A stretch of DNA of 64,000 bases, from sequence record ON287375.1; one strand, given 5' to 3'. Shown here in pieces: positions 37,020-46,092 of this stretch; within the stretch, counting starts at the first letter, position 1; each line of letters starts with the position of its first letter. Under the pieces are notes generated by a model. It did not search any database, had not been told where the DNA came from, and saw only the letters and a list, made by a program, of their open reading frames with translations. A program made the translations under genes and the position numbers.

Positions 37020-38566
37020 TGAACATGACTCTGGTAAAAGCACGCGCTGGTCTGACTAACTACTATCACCAACAAGTAATCCGAAATGCAGCGATGGATA
37101 TCGATCCAACTCTGATCGATCAGCTGACTGAAGAAAACCTGATGGGTGGTGTAAATCCAGCAACCCTGCAAATGGTTGCGGTTTATTCTGGTGGTCTGAA
37201 TGCACAGGCAACTGATTTTGCTAATATCATGGGTGGTTGGAATGAATCCAAAGGTTTGATGATGCTGGACTTCATCACTCAGGATTCTCCGGTAGCTGTA
37301 GAATATATGCACGTTATCGGTTATGTCACCAATAACGGTTCCGACCAAGGTCTGACTACTGATGCAGTGTTCACACCGGTAATGAGCTGGAAGACTCATG
37401 AAACCATTACAGCTAACTTCCTGGGTGGGGATACTCCAACTACCACTCGTCGGATGATTGGCGGTCGTACTGATTATCTCTTGAACGATGGTTCTCAGGC
37501 TCAGGGTATGGTTTCCATGCGACCGAATGACGTCATCGATTTCTCCATTGAGCGTGCAGGTGCTCAAGATGTAATGGAACGTATGGAAGACGAAGGTCTG
37601 ACTGGTGTTATCCCACAGATTGGTGTTGCCGGAACAAGTATCGATCGTGTTGGTGTTATTGCATCTAAACGTAATAACCTGAACCCAAGTTCTTATGCCA
37701 AAGACATTCTGTCTGCTGGTACTGGTTATCAACGTAACCAACAACTGAGCAGCAATACTGTTGATAGCATGGGTGAAAACCTGAGCGTGTTCGATGGGAT
37801 GTTCAACGATCTGGCAGCCGTATCTTATCAGGCAAGCAATAAAGAACCACAACTTCTGCGTGATGACTTCTTCCGTTCTATGATGGATGTAATGGGCCAA
37901 GCACAGATGCGTGGGTTTACTGGTTATTCCATCAGTGACTTGCTGTGCGCATTCGAGAACCTGAACGATGTTCTGGATCTAACATTCATGGATAAAGCCC
38001 AGTTCGCGGTAAATGATTTTACCCAGAACACTGAGAGCATGGGTACTTCTCAAATTGAAGAATTCGTGTCTCAGGAAATTACCATGAATATCATGGACCT
38101 GATGATCAAGTATGGTCTGTCTGCAATCAACTTCCGTGGTTCTAACTGTGACCACTTTGGTGGGGACGGTGCTCTGAGCAACGTGGTTATTCTTCCTTAT
38201 AGTCCGGCATCTCTGTCTGAAGATGACTTTGATATTGGTAATAAGGTACAAGCATTTGTCGATGAACTGACTAACCAGATCTTCGCTAAACTGAATGGTC
38301 TGCGTACTTCTGATTTGACTCCGATTCGTTTTGATGTAAATGCCGAACTGTTTGGTACTTGTATCATCAACATGCAACGGGTGACCGATCAGAACATGTC
38401 TACTGGGTTTAACCTGCAGGATACTGGAGTTCCTACTGGTATGTGTTCTCGCGTATATCCGACTTATGCGTTGAATAACTATTCCCCAGTTATTGGTGAT
38501 AAAGAACAAGCTCAGCTGGCTGGGTCTAACTTCTATACCAATATCACCAACCACTTCTCTCGCTAA
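37019..38566 (+). CDS. picA: PicA/Imp1 nuclear protein-import factor (phiKZ gp69-like)
   Basis: 515 aa, TAATG-coupled to the gp68-like gene; MRPNDV motif; synteny. Confidence 0.75.
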   Translation: MNMTLVKARAGLTNYYHQQVIRNAAMDIDPTLIDQLTEENLMGGVNPATLQMVAVYSGGLNAQATDFANIMGGWNESKGLMMLDFITQDSPVAVEYMHVIGYVTNNGSDQGLTTDAVFTPVMSWKTHETITANFLGGDTPTTTRRMIGGRTDYLLNDGSQAQGMVSMRPNDVIDFSIERAGAQDVMERMEDEGLTGVIPQIGVAGTSIDRVGVIASKRNNLNPSSYAKDILSAGTGYQRNQQLSSNTVDSMGENLSVFDGMFNDLAAVSYQASNKEPQLLRDDFFRSMMDVMGQAQMRGFTGYSISDLLCAFENLNDVLDLTFMDKAQFAVNDFTQNTESMGTSQIEEFVSQEITMNIMDLMIKYGLSAINFRGSNCDHFGGDGALSNVVILPYSPASLSEDDFDIGNKVQAFVDELTNQIFAKLNGLRTSDLTPIRFDVNAELFGTCIINMQRVTDQNMSTGFNLQDTGVPTGMCSRVYPTYALNNYSPVIGDKEQAQLAGSNFYTNITNHFSR

Positions 38567-38591
38567 CAAATTTAAAACTGGAATATAGATA

Positions 38592-40082
38592 ATGAACAAG
38601 CTGAATAAACTGTATGAAGCAATGCTGAAATCCTGGGGCTGTGTGTTTGGTGAAGACGCAGCACTGATGTTAAACTTTGCTGGTACTGAAGTTCCGGTTA
38701 AGGTTGATGACAAGCAGACTTATCTGCCTACATCTGAAAACCTGAATGGCGTGACTATCGGTAAAGTGTTCTTCCATCCAGCATGCGAATCCATCATGTC
38801 TAAGGAAACCGAGATCTTTAAGGTTATCCGTAAACTGACTTCTGCCAAGATCTATGCAGTATTCCAGCCGATTGCTGATGTACTGTTCTCTGTGGCTGGT
38901 AAAAAGTCAGGTAAGACTTTGAATGGCAAAATGCTGGAAATGCTGGAACCTTTCAAAACAGCAACCAAAGCAGTTAAACAGGAAGTGATCGATATTATCA
39001 AAACGATCTCTATTACTGTTGAAGGTAATGGGTTGGATACTCGACTGATCAACTTCAGTCTGATTAAAGGTGGTAAAACGGATGACGATGAGTCCATCTA
39101 TTATACTGCTACTCCAAGCTTCCCGTTCTATACTGAACTGTGTCGGACCATCGGTCAGAACGATCACATGAAGCCAGGTGATCGCCTGAACTTCAATAAC
39201 CTGAATGTATCCATGCAAGCTATGCGTACAACTCAGGCTCTGTTCGAACTGGCACTGCCGGCATGTCTGGATCCATCTCGTAAGAAGTATTCCACTACTT
39301 CTCCTGATGCAGCACGTCTGGTTGCTTATCTGCATTCGTATGGTCTGGTTGCATCTGACCTGAACAGTCTGATTGGTAAGTTCCGTAAAGAGTTCGACTC
39401 CATTGGTATTTATGGTATCGATCTGGAATGGTTGTCTGATCTGGATGAAATCGGTGAAATCAAGAAACTGATTCCTTCCCTGGATTATAACAACTACAAC
39501 ATGACTTCTGCTCCAGAAGCTCCGGCGTCTAACAGTGGTGCTCGTATCTCTAGCTATAACCCAATGGCTGGTGTGCTGAACACTATTAGCGATAATGGAA
39601 ATGTACCGGCTCCTACTGGTGCTAATACTCCTGCTTCTGCTCCTAAGACTCCAGATGCACTGCCAGGTGAGAACTATATCGGTTGTGATTATAACCAGAC
39701 TAGCGGTATTTATGAATTTAAATTCCAACAGTCTAATGGTTATGTTCGTGTTCGTTGTGTGGCTGAAGATGGTCGTTTCATTTCTGAGAACTTCCAAAAC
39801 CCAATGCAGCAAAACAACATGGGCATGCCTGGCATGATGGCTCTCCCTAATACCGGTCTTCCAGGAATGATGCCAATCCCCGGTATGATGAACGGCATGC
39901 CAAACACCGGTTTGCCTATGGGTATGCAGATGGGTGGGTTTGTTCGTGATCCGTATACCGGTGGTTTCGTACCAGCAGGTAACCAGATGCAGAACAACTT
40001 CCAACAACCAATGAACACTGGCTTCCAGAATCCAATCGGTGGAATGGAATACGGTGGTACTGTTGGGATTAACAACTACTAA
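38592..40082 (+). CDS. Conserved core protein (phiKZ gp70 position) with M/G/P/Q/N-rich C-terminal tail
   Basis: Synteny; KVFFHPACE motif; low-complexity C-terminus. Confidence 0.75.
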   Translation: MNKLNKLYEAMLKSWGCVFGEDAALMLNFAGTEVPVKVDDKQTYLPTSENLNGVTIGKVFFHPACESIMSKETEIFKVIRKLTSAKIYAVFQPIADVLFSVAGKKSGKTLNGKMLEMLEPFKTATKAVKQEVIDIIKTISITVEGNGLDTRLINFSLIKGGKTDDDESIYYTATPSFPFYTELCRTIGQNDHMKPGDRLNFNNLNVSMQAMRTTQALFELALPACLDPSRKKYSTTSPDAARLVAYLHSYGLVASDLNSLIGKFRKEFDSIGIYGIDLEWLSDLDEIGEIKKLIPSLDYNNYNMTSAPEAPASNSGARISSYNPMAGVLNTISDNGNVPAPTGANTPASAPKTPDALPGENYIGCDYNQTSGIYEFKFQQSNGYVRVRCVAEDGRFISENFQNPMQQNNMGMPGMMALPNTGLPGMMPIPGMMNGMPNTGLPMGMQMGGFVRDPYTGGFVPAGNQMQNNFQQPMNTGFQNPIGGMEYGGTVGINNY

Positions 40083-40105
40083 TTAGAAAACATTTATGTA
40101 AATAA

Positions 40106-40133
40106 CTACCACCTACTCTATAGTAGGTGGTAG
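40106..40133. terminator. Bidirectional terminator
   Basis: CTACCACCTACT-ctat-AGTAGGTGGTAG between convergent genes. Confidence 0.75.
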
Positions 40134-40154
40134 CTTTATATATTTGTTTTTCTT

Positions 40155-40502
40155 TTATTCTCTTCTTACACGAGTTACTTGAATGACAGAATCAATTTGT
40201 TCTGCTGTAACGGTGTAGATTCCTTTTAAGTGCATAAAGTCCTGATTAGGATCTTCAATACCATTTAGATAACTAATGGTCCAGATCAACTCCTCAGGGA
40301 TAGATGGATTCTCACCACCCAACTGTCTAAGGAATTTGTGGAAGTTGTAACGATAAGCAAACTTAATTGAATCCCCGATGAATGGAGAGAAAGAAGCTTG
40401 TGCTAACAAAATCTCTTTGCAAGAACGAATGATTGTTTTGTATTCTGGGGTAAAGTAATATGCATTACCATAAGGAACGATTAAAGGCATAACGGTTTCC
40501 AA
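40155..40502 (-). CDS. Small protein, possibly a LysM/tail-X-like baseplate component
   Basis: IWTISYLNGIEDP resembles the W.I..LN.I.DP motif; start is TTG 40502 or ATG 40490. Confidence 0.55.
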   Translation of the reverse strand: METVMPLIVPYGNAYYFTPEYKTIIRSCKEILLAQASFSPFIGDSIKFAYRYNFHKFLRQLGGENPSIPEELIWTISYLNGIEDPNQDFMHLKGIYTVTAEQIDSVIQVTRVRRE

Positions 40503-40523
40503 TTAATTTTGAGCCAAAGATAA

Positions 40524-40548
40524 TCAGACAGATATTATCTATATGTAA
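40524..40548 (+). promoter_or_regulatory. Early promoter for the nvRNAP beta C / beta' C operon
   Basis: TCAGACAGATATTATCTATATGTAA. Confidence 0.65.
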
Positions 40549-40569
40549 TCAACATAGAGGTATTAGTGA

Positions 40570-42678
40570 ATGAGCAATAAACATAACCAAATAAAATCTA
40601 ATACTGCTGGCCTAGCCATCGGTATGAACCCAAACCGTGCAACTAACTCCTCTGCACGTTTGTATATGCTTGGTAAGAACCAAGGTAAGGCTGCCGTTAT
40701 TTGGGGATCCACTAACCGCAAATATTCCTCTGGCGATGAACAAGAATATGCACGAACTGCTCGAAAGGTACAAGCTCTCTCTGATGTGGAAGTCGAAGAG
40801 GTTCTGTTTGTACGTGACATCATTAACGAAAAAGAACCCAGCATGTGGGGTACTTATTATGTAATCGTTAAGGATCTAGAAACTGGCTTCTATGATCTCA
40901 TCGAGATGCCCAAGTTCAATGCTCAAAATATGGACCTTGGCTTTGAGTATCATTATGATAACGACCTGATGCGTCAGTTAACTAAAGGTGCTCGATTCCG
41001 TAAAGGTACCGTGTTCGCGACCAGTAGTCGAATCACTGAGTCCAATGAGTGGTGTCCTGGTGTTGAGACTAAAGTAGCTGCGATGTCTCACTCGTATACC
41101 GAGGAGGATGCGGTATTCATCTTTGAACATTATGCCAAGAAGATTGGTGTAACATTCAAACGTAATCTGGAGTTCCAATGGAACGAAGAAGAATACGTTA
41201 TGTTGAATCTGTATGGCACACTGGATAATCACCAAGGTGTTCCACTGTCTGGTGAGAAGGTTCGTAGCGATGGTATTGTAATGGGCTTCCGTCGTAAGGA
41301 TCCTGATGCAGCAATGGCTGGCTTAACTAAAGCAGCTCTGATGAATCCAGATCCAATTTATGACATTCTGTTCTATTCATCTCCAAACTGTATCGTTGCA
41401 GATATCAAAGTTGAGACTGAGCGTTATAAGAACCTATCCAATAACAAACGTGCTGAGAAACGTAGTCAACCTCATACTCGTCTACTGGAAAGACTGGAAG
41501 AGGAACAAAACAGTTTCGCAAATAGCATCGTGAGCTGGTATCGTTCTAAGCAGAAACAGTATATCGATAAGAAACCACCTCTGACTCGTGAACTGTGGAA
41601 CTTCATTACCTTTATGGGCGCAGGTCAGATCACTCGTGATTTCACCACTCCAAACTCTAATGGTAAATATACTAAGATCAAACGTAAGCTGGGTAATATC
41701 CAGTTGAAAGATTGGCGTATCCAAGTTTCTCTGCGTGAAGATGTAGAAGGTCAGGTTCGATTCAAGAATACTGGTATGGATGGTAACAAATCCGTTATCA
41801 TGAAAATCCTACCATCTGAATGTGCGCCAGTTGATGATCACGGTGTAATGGCCGACATGGTTGTTGGTAACACTCCTGGTTATCGTCGACAGATCTTTAA
41901 CTCCTTTATGGAATTAGATATCAACTTTGTCAATATCCATCTTTATCCAGAAATCGTTAAAGCGTATCAAGCCAAAGACTTCAAGAAAGCCTGGCAGCTT
42001 GCACGTGATTTCTATGATACCGTTTCTCCTGATCATGGGGCGATGGCAGATGCGTTTAATGCGGAAGAACGTATGCAGCATCTGGAATGGATTATGCGGG
42101 ATGAGAATGAGTTCTCTGCGCTTGGTAATAACACTGGCGATGTTCAAGGTGTTAAAATCATCGAACGTCTTGCAGACAAATATCCGCACATTCAACCAAC
42201 TCCAGTAACTTGGATTAATGAATGGGGTGAAAAGAAACGTAGTCGCCATCCAATCGTGATTAGTTCCGTTTATTATATCATGTTGGATAAATTCGGTGAT
42301 GACATCTCTTGTCAATCCACTCCGAAGCTGAACATCTTTGGTCTGCCGACATCTCTGTCCAAGCATGAACGTGCTCGTGATTTCTATCGTGCAACGTTGA
42401 ACCGAAATGTGGGCGAGACTGAAGGTCGTTTATATATTAACCAAAAAGGTGGCGGTGCAGCAGTACGAGTACTGGCTTTAGCCAACAGCGCCGAGTTGTT
42501 AGAAGAAGCTGTCCGTCGATTAATTCGTTCCGACAACCCATTCGAAATTCCGCGTCTGGTCCTACCTGGTGAAGAGAAGAAGAACCACTCTCTCCAGGTA
42601 ATTGATAACATGCTCTCTGATTTTGGTTTAGGATTTAGGAAAGAAAATGAAAACGATAAAGCTGCGCGAGTTCGCTAA
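40570..42678 (+). CDS. nvRNAP beta subunit, C-terminal part (phiKZ gp71-73-like)
   Basis: YTEEDA, KNTGMDGNKSVI (variant of GRHGNKG), LDKFGDD and NVGETEGR; uninterrupted. Confidence 0.9.
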   Translation: MSNKHNQIKSNTAGLAIGMNPNRATNSSARLYMLGKNQGKAAVIWGSTNRKYSSGDEQEYARTARKVQALSDVEVEEVLFVRDIINEKEPSMWGTYYVIVKDLETGFYDLIEMPKFNAQNMDLGFEYHYDNDLMRQLTKGARFRKGTVFATSSRITESNEWCPGVETKVAAMSHSYTEEDAVFIFEHYAKKIGVTFKRNLEFQWNEEEYVMLNLYGTLDNHQGVPLSGEKVRSDGIVMGFRRKDPDAAMAGLTKAALMNPDPIYDILFYSSPNCIVADIKVETERYKNLSNNKRAEKRSQPHTRLLERLEEEQNSFANSIVSWYRSKQKQYIDKKPPLTRELWNFITFMGAGQITRDFTTPNSNGKYTKIKRKLGNIQLKDWRIQVSLREDVEGQVRFKNTGMDGNKSVIMKILPSECAPVDDHGVMADMVVGNTPGYRRQIFNSFMELDINFVNIHLYPEIVKAYQAKDFKKAWQLARDFYDTVSPDHGAMADAFNAEERMQHLEWIMRDENEFSALGNNTGDVQGVKIIERLADKYPHIQPTPVTWINEWGEKKRSRHPIVISSVYYIMLDKFGDDISCQSTPKLNIFGLPTSLSKHERARDFYRATLNRNVGETEGRLYINQKGGGAAVRVLALANSAELLEEAVRRLIRSDNPFEIPRLVLPGEEKKNHSLQVIDNMLSDFGLGFRKENENDKAARVR

Positions 42679-44668
42679 TCTCTCTCTGATCTCCATGCTT
42701 CAATTTACCGAACGTCGGTTTAAAGTTGAAGTAATGGATGACCAGGGTGAAAAGATCATAACAGATAGTTGGATGTTAGCTCTTTCCTGGTTCAGTCTGA
42801 TTGTTCATCGGCACTTCAATGATGAGCCTTATCATGTTGATGAACTGGCAGTCCTGGTGGCCCCTAAAGGCCGCCAAGCATTTATCGATGATGATGTACT
42901 CAAGGAACCAATTGATCACTTCCTGGGGCGTTTGATGCCTAAGTATGATGATCCAGTTTTCTATGATTTCATCAAACAGTTGGTGTTCACTTGGCACAAC
43001 CAGGTTCATAACTATATGTGCGTGGTTTCTGAAACTGGTGTTGTGTCTGCTCGTGCTATGGACGTTGTTCATTGTTATCGTCATCCGCCGGTAGCTGACC
43101 TGAAGAAACGTGTTCAGGAAGGTAAAACCAATTTGGCTGATGCAGCTAAAGAGTTCGAAAAGATCATGATGGAAGATCCGGCTTTTGATAAGTCTGTCTT
43201 CGGTCTCCTGTATCGTACTCGTGCTGTTAACCCAACTCAGTCTTTCCAATTGGTAATTGCTCGTGGTGACGTGTTTGACTTGAACAACGTGATCCTGCCA
43301 AATACAGTAATGACGTCTTATGCAGATGGTATTACTAACCTGGCAGATTCCTTGGGTGACTCCAAAGGCGCTGGTTTCTCCCTGATCTCTAACGGCTCGG
43401 CTTTGCAGGACTCTGAATGGTTCCATAAAAAGATCCACAACGTGTCTCAAGTCGTTCAGGGCGTTCGTTATCAAACTGACTGTGGTTCTACAACAGGTCC
43501 AGTTCTGAAGATCATCTCCAGGGAATTCAAATTGTCTCTGGCTGGTCGTTGGCGGATTAATGATGATGGCACAACCACTCTGCTGACTTATGAAGAACTG
43601 AAGAAAATCGAAACTGGTGACATCATCCGTATTCGTGATGTTGCATGGTGTAAAGATGCTGACCATGATGGCAAGCCTTGTTCCAAATGTTTCGGTAAGA
43701 TGGAATCTGCACTTCCGTATAATCCATATACTAAGAAGTCTGCAGTTCCAGGTCTGTTCTATGGCTCTACTTTTGCGGAACCTATTGGTCAGTCGATCTT
43801 GAAAACCAAACACCGTATCGGTACTGCAACTGCAAAAGGCTTTGTAGTACAACGTCAGGATGTGGACTATATCACAACGGATGATTCTGGAGACTTCATC
43901 TATTTCAATAAAGGTATCCTCAACGAGGAAGCAGATCCGTATATCATCTTGGATAAAGAAACTCAGCAGGACTTCTCTGACTTCCAGTTCATGGATAACA
44001 TTGAAGATCTTGATGTATCTCGTCTGCGTACTTATGAATCTATTAAACTGCGTGTTAACATCGTTAACCCAATGTTCGATAATCGTAAAGCAGTTCATTA
44101 TCCGATCGTGATCACTACGGTAGCTTCTCGTGATGCTCGAATGACTAAGCCGTTCATTGAGTATCTGCTGAGCAAACCAATGGAAGAAGAAGGTCGTACA
44201 TTTAAGATTAGTCTTAAAGACTTCAACTTCAAAGAACCAGCATTCGAATTACCACTGGTAAACGAAGACCTGGATGCTTATCGTAAACGTGTTGAAACAT
44301 TCCTGAAGTTCCCGAATATCAATCGTCGTTGGGATGTCAAAGTAACTCCTGAGTTACATGGCGAAACCATGATTGCATTCTGGAAGGTAGTAGATGAGAA
44401 GTATAAAGGTGCGAATAGTATCATGCACTCTATCTTCTTGTGGGCATGTATGGCACGAGATCCTGAGCATCTCGACTTCGGTATTCCGATCGGTGACGAG
44501 CCGCGTAACTTTATCAGTCTGCATGATGCCGTACTGAGTCGTGGTTTGGGCAATACCTTGTTGTATGGTTGGCAGGGTAGTGCATTGCTGGGTAGTCCAA
44601 TTAACTTCCTGATCAAGAATCGTCAGGGTGGTGCTTTAGAAGCATTCTGTCACCCTATCGCTCGTTAA
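42647..44668 (+). CDS. nvRNAP beta' subunit, C-terminal part (phiKZ gp74-like)
   Basis: TDCGS, C..D.....CSKCFG zinc site, EPIGQSILKTKH. Confidence 0.9.
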   Translation: MKTIKLREFANLSLISMLQFTERRFKVEVMDDQGEKIITDSWMLALSWFSLIVHRHFNDEPYHVDELAVLVAPKGRQAFIDDDVLKEPIDHFLGRLMPKYDDPVFYDFIKQLVFTWHNQVHNYMCVVSETGVVSARAMDVVHCYRHPPVADLKKRVQEGKTNLADAAKEFEKIMMEDPAFDKSVFGLLYRTRAVNPTQSFQLVIARGDVFDLNNVILPNTVMTSYADGITNLADSLGDSKGAGFSLISNGSALQDSEWFHKKIHNVSQVVQGVRYQTDCGSTTGPVLKIISREFKLSLAGRWRINDDGTTTLLTYEELKKIETGDIIRIRDVAWCKDADHDGKPCSKCFGKMESALPYNPYTKKSAVPGLFYGSTFAEPIGQSILKTKHRIGTATAKGFVVQRQDVDYITTDDSGDFIYFNKGILNEEADPYIILDKETQQDFSDFQFMDNIEDLDVSRLRTYESIKLRVNIVNPMFDNRKAVHYPIVITTVASRDARMTKPFIEYLLSKPMEEEGRTFKISLKDFNFKEPAFELPLVNEDLDAYRKRVETFLKFPNINRRWDVKVTPELHGETMIAFWKVVDEKYKGANSIMHSIFLWACMARDPEHLDFGIPIGDEPRNFISLHDAVLSRGLGNTLLYGWQGSALLGSPINFLIKNRQGGALEAFCHPIAR

Positions 44669-44706
44669 TTAAATAGGACAAGGATGTCCTTATAAAGGAG
44701 AATATC

Positions 44707-45006
44707 ATGGAAACATTATCATTAAACTTCATGACCGAAACAGCGGTACCTGAAAATATCAATCATCTTTCCATCAAAGTGGTTCGTTACACTAATAAAA
44801 TTTTGGGTGTAGAAGAAACTTTTGAACCTGCGCCAGGTAATGAATTTACTTGGGAAAAACCACTACCTGGTTCCGAATACTATTTAGGATTCTTGAATAC
44901 GGGACGGGGTGGGATTATTGAAATCCGGTATAACAAGGAACAAAGCTTCATGATGATCCGTGGTCCAGTTAGAACCGACATCACTTTTGAATTGGAAGGC
45001 GAATAA
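44707..45006 (+). CDS. Small beta-rich hypothetical protein, 99 aa
   Basis: RBS AAGGAG. Confidence 0.8.
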   Translation: METLSLNFMTETAVPENINHLSIKVVRYTNKILGVEETFEPAPGNEFTWEKPLPGSEYYLGFLNTGRGGIIEIRYNKEQSFMMIRGPVRTDITFELEGE

Positions 45007-45308
45007 TGTCAACTGAACCTATCCTGATTGAATTGAAAGTCGGGGAAGAAGTAAAGATCCCTGATCGTGGTGCATTTGCATCCTTCCCTAAACTGCGTGT
45101 TAGTAAAGTAGTTAAGGGTGATAAAGTACACGTTACTGAGTACTGGCCTGGTACCGGCAGCATCCCAAGTAACCTTCATCAGAATACAATCCGTTTACTG
45201 AATCTTCAGTGGAACGGTATCACAGTACAGGGTGAATATGACGACAGTTCTAAGCTGCTGAAAATCACCAAAGGTAATGTCGATTCGGTGACTGTAGAAA
45301 TCCGATAA
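45006..45308 (+). CDS. Small beta-rich hypothetical protein, 100 aa
   Basis: TAATG coupling with the upstream gene. Confidence 0.8.
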   Translation: MSTEPILIELKVGEEVKIPDRGAFASFPKLRVSKVVKGDKVHVTEYWPGTGSIPSNLHQNTIRLLNLQWNGITVQGEYDDSSKLLKITKGNVDSVTVEIR

Positions 45309-45362
45309 GGTGAAACCTTTATAGTATGATAAACATTTATCGTACACAATGAAGGCATTACC

Positions 45363-45593
45363 ATGATTACCAAACTGCAAGACATGAAACCTGGGGAATA
45401 CTTTAAAGTAGACTCTAACGAAGGCGGTTGTAAGAAAGCTCCATGTACCCGTCGTATTCTGGCTATAGGTGAAACATCTGTAGCTTCCGATCTGAAAGAA
45501 GATCAAGGTTTCTATTTCCGTTTGAAAATGGAAAACTATTTAGGGACGATTAAAACACCAAACGGTATGGTTGTCCATCAGTTCAGTAAATAA
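45363..45593 (+). CDS. Hypothetical protein, 76 aa
   Basis: RBS GAAGG; terminator 45598-45629. Confidence 0.75.
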   Translation: MITKLQDMKPGEYFKVDSNEGGCKKAPCTRRILAIGETSVASDLKEDQGFYFRLKMENYLGTIKTPNGMVVHQFSK

Positions 45594-45665
45594 ACTGTTA
45601 CTCACCTTCCTTAATTGGAGGGTGGGTAATAATTTTTAAGTATATATTATCTATAGGAGTTACGC

Positions 45666-45935
45666 ATGCAAGTCATTAAAATTGTGAATGGTGAAACCAC
45701 TGTCGTTGGTGATTCCAAGTTTACCCACGGTTATTTGGCAAGTGTCACTTTGGATGACGGTGAACGTCGTTCTTATAACAAACCAACTTACCCTGGTGAA
45801 TATGGTTGGAGTTCCGCTGCAAATGTCAATTACAATTATGACGGTATGTTGTTGACACTGAAATTTGTTCCAGAAGACAAAGCCATTAAAGGCCAAGGTT
45901 ATGGCTGGAAAGAATGCGAGTTTGTCGTATTCTAA
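45666..45935 (+). CDS. Hypothetical protein, 89 aa, with its own early promoter
   Basis: TTTTTAAGTATATATTATCTATAGGAG upstream (45633-45659). Confidence 0.8.
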   Translation: MQVIKIVNGETTVVGDSKFTHGYLASVTLDDGERRSYNKPTYPGEYGWSSAANVNYNYDGMLLTLKFVPEDKAIKGQGYGWKECEFVVF

Positions 45936-46092
45936 TATAAAGGTGGGAGGCTTAGGTCTCCCTTTTAATGTACCAAAAGGAGGAGGTATTTATAAATACT
46001 ACGAGGTCAATATATTAGAGAAAACCATATTTTGTGCTATAACCCTCACGGGTAAAGGGTTGGTGCTCTAATAGTTGAAGAAGGGTTGAGTT

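Noticed and set aside
36932-44098. Long antisense ORFs at 36932-37900, 37979-38713, 38907-40007 and 42776-44098
   Set aside because: Same codon-bias shadow effect opposite well-supported core genes.
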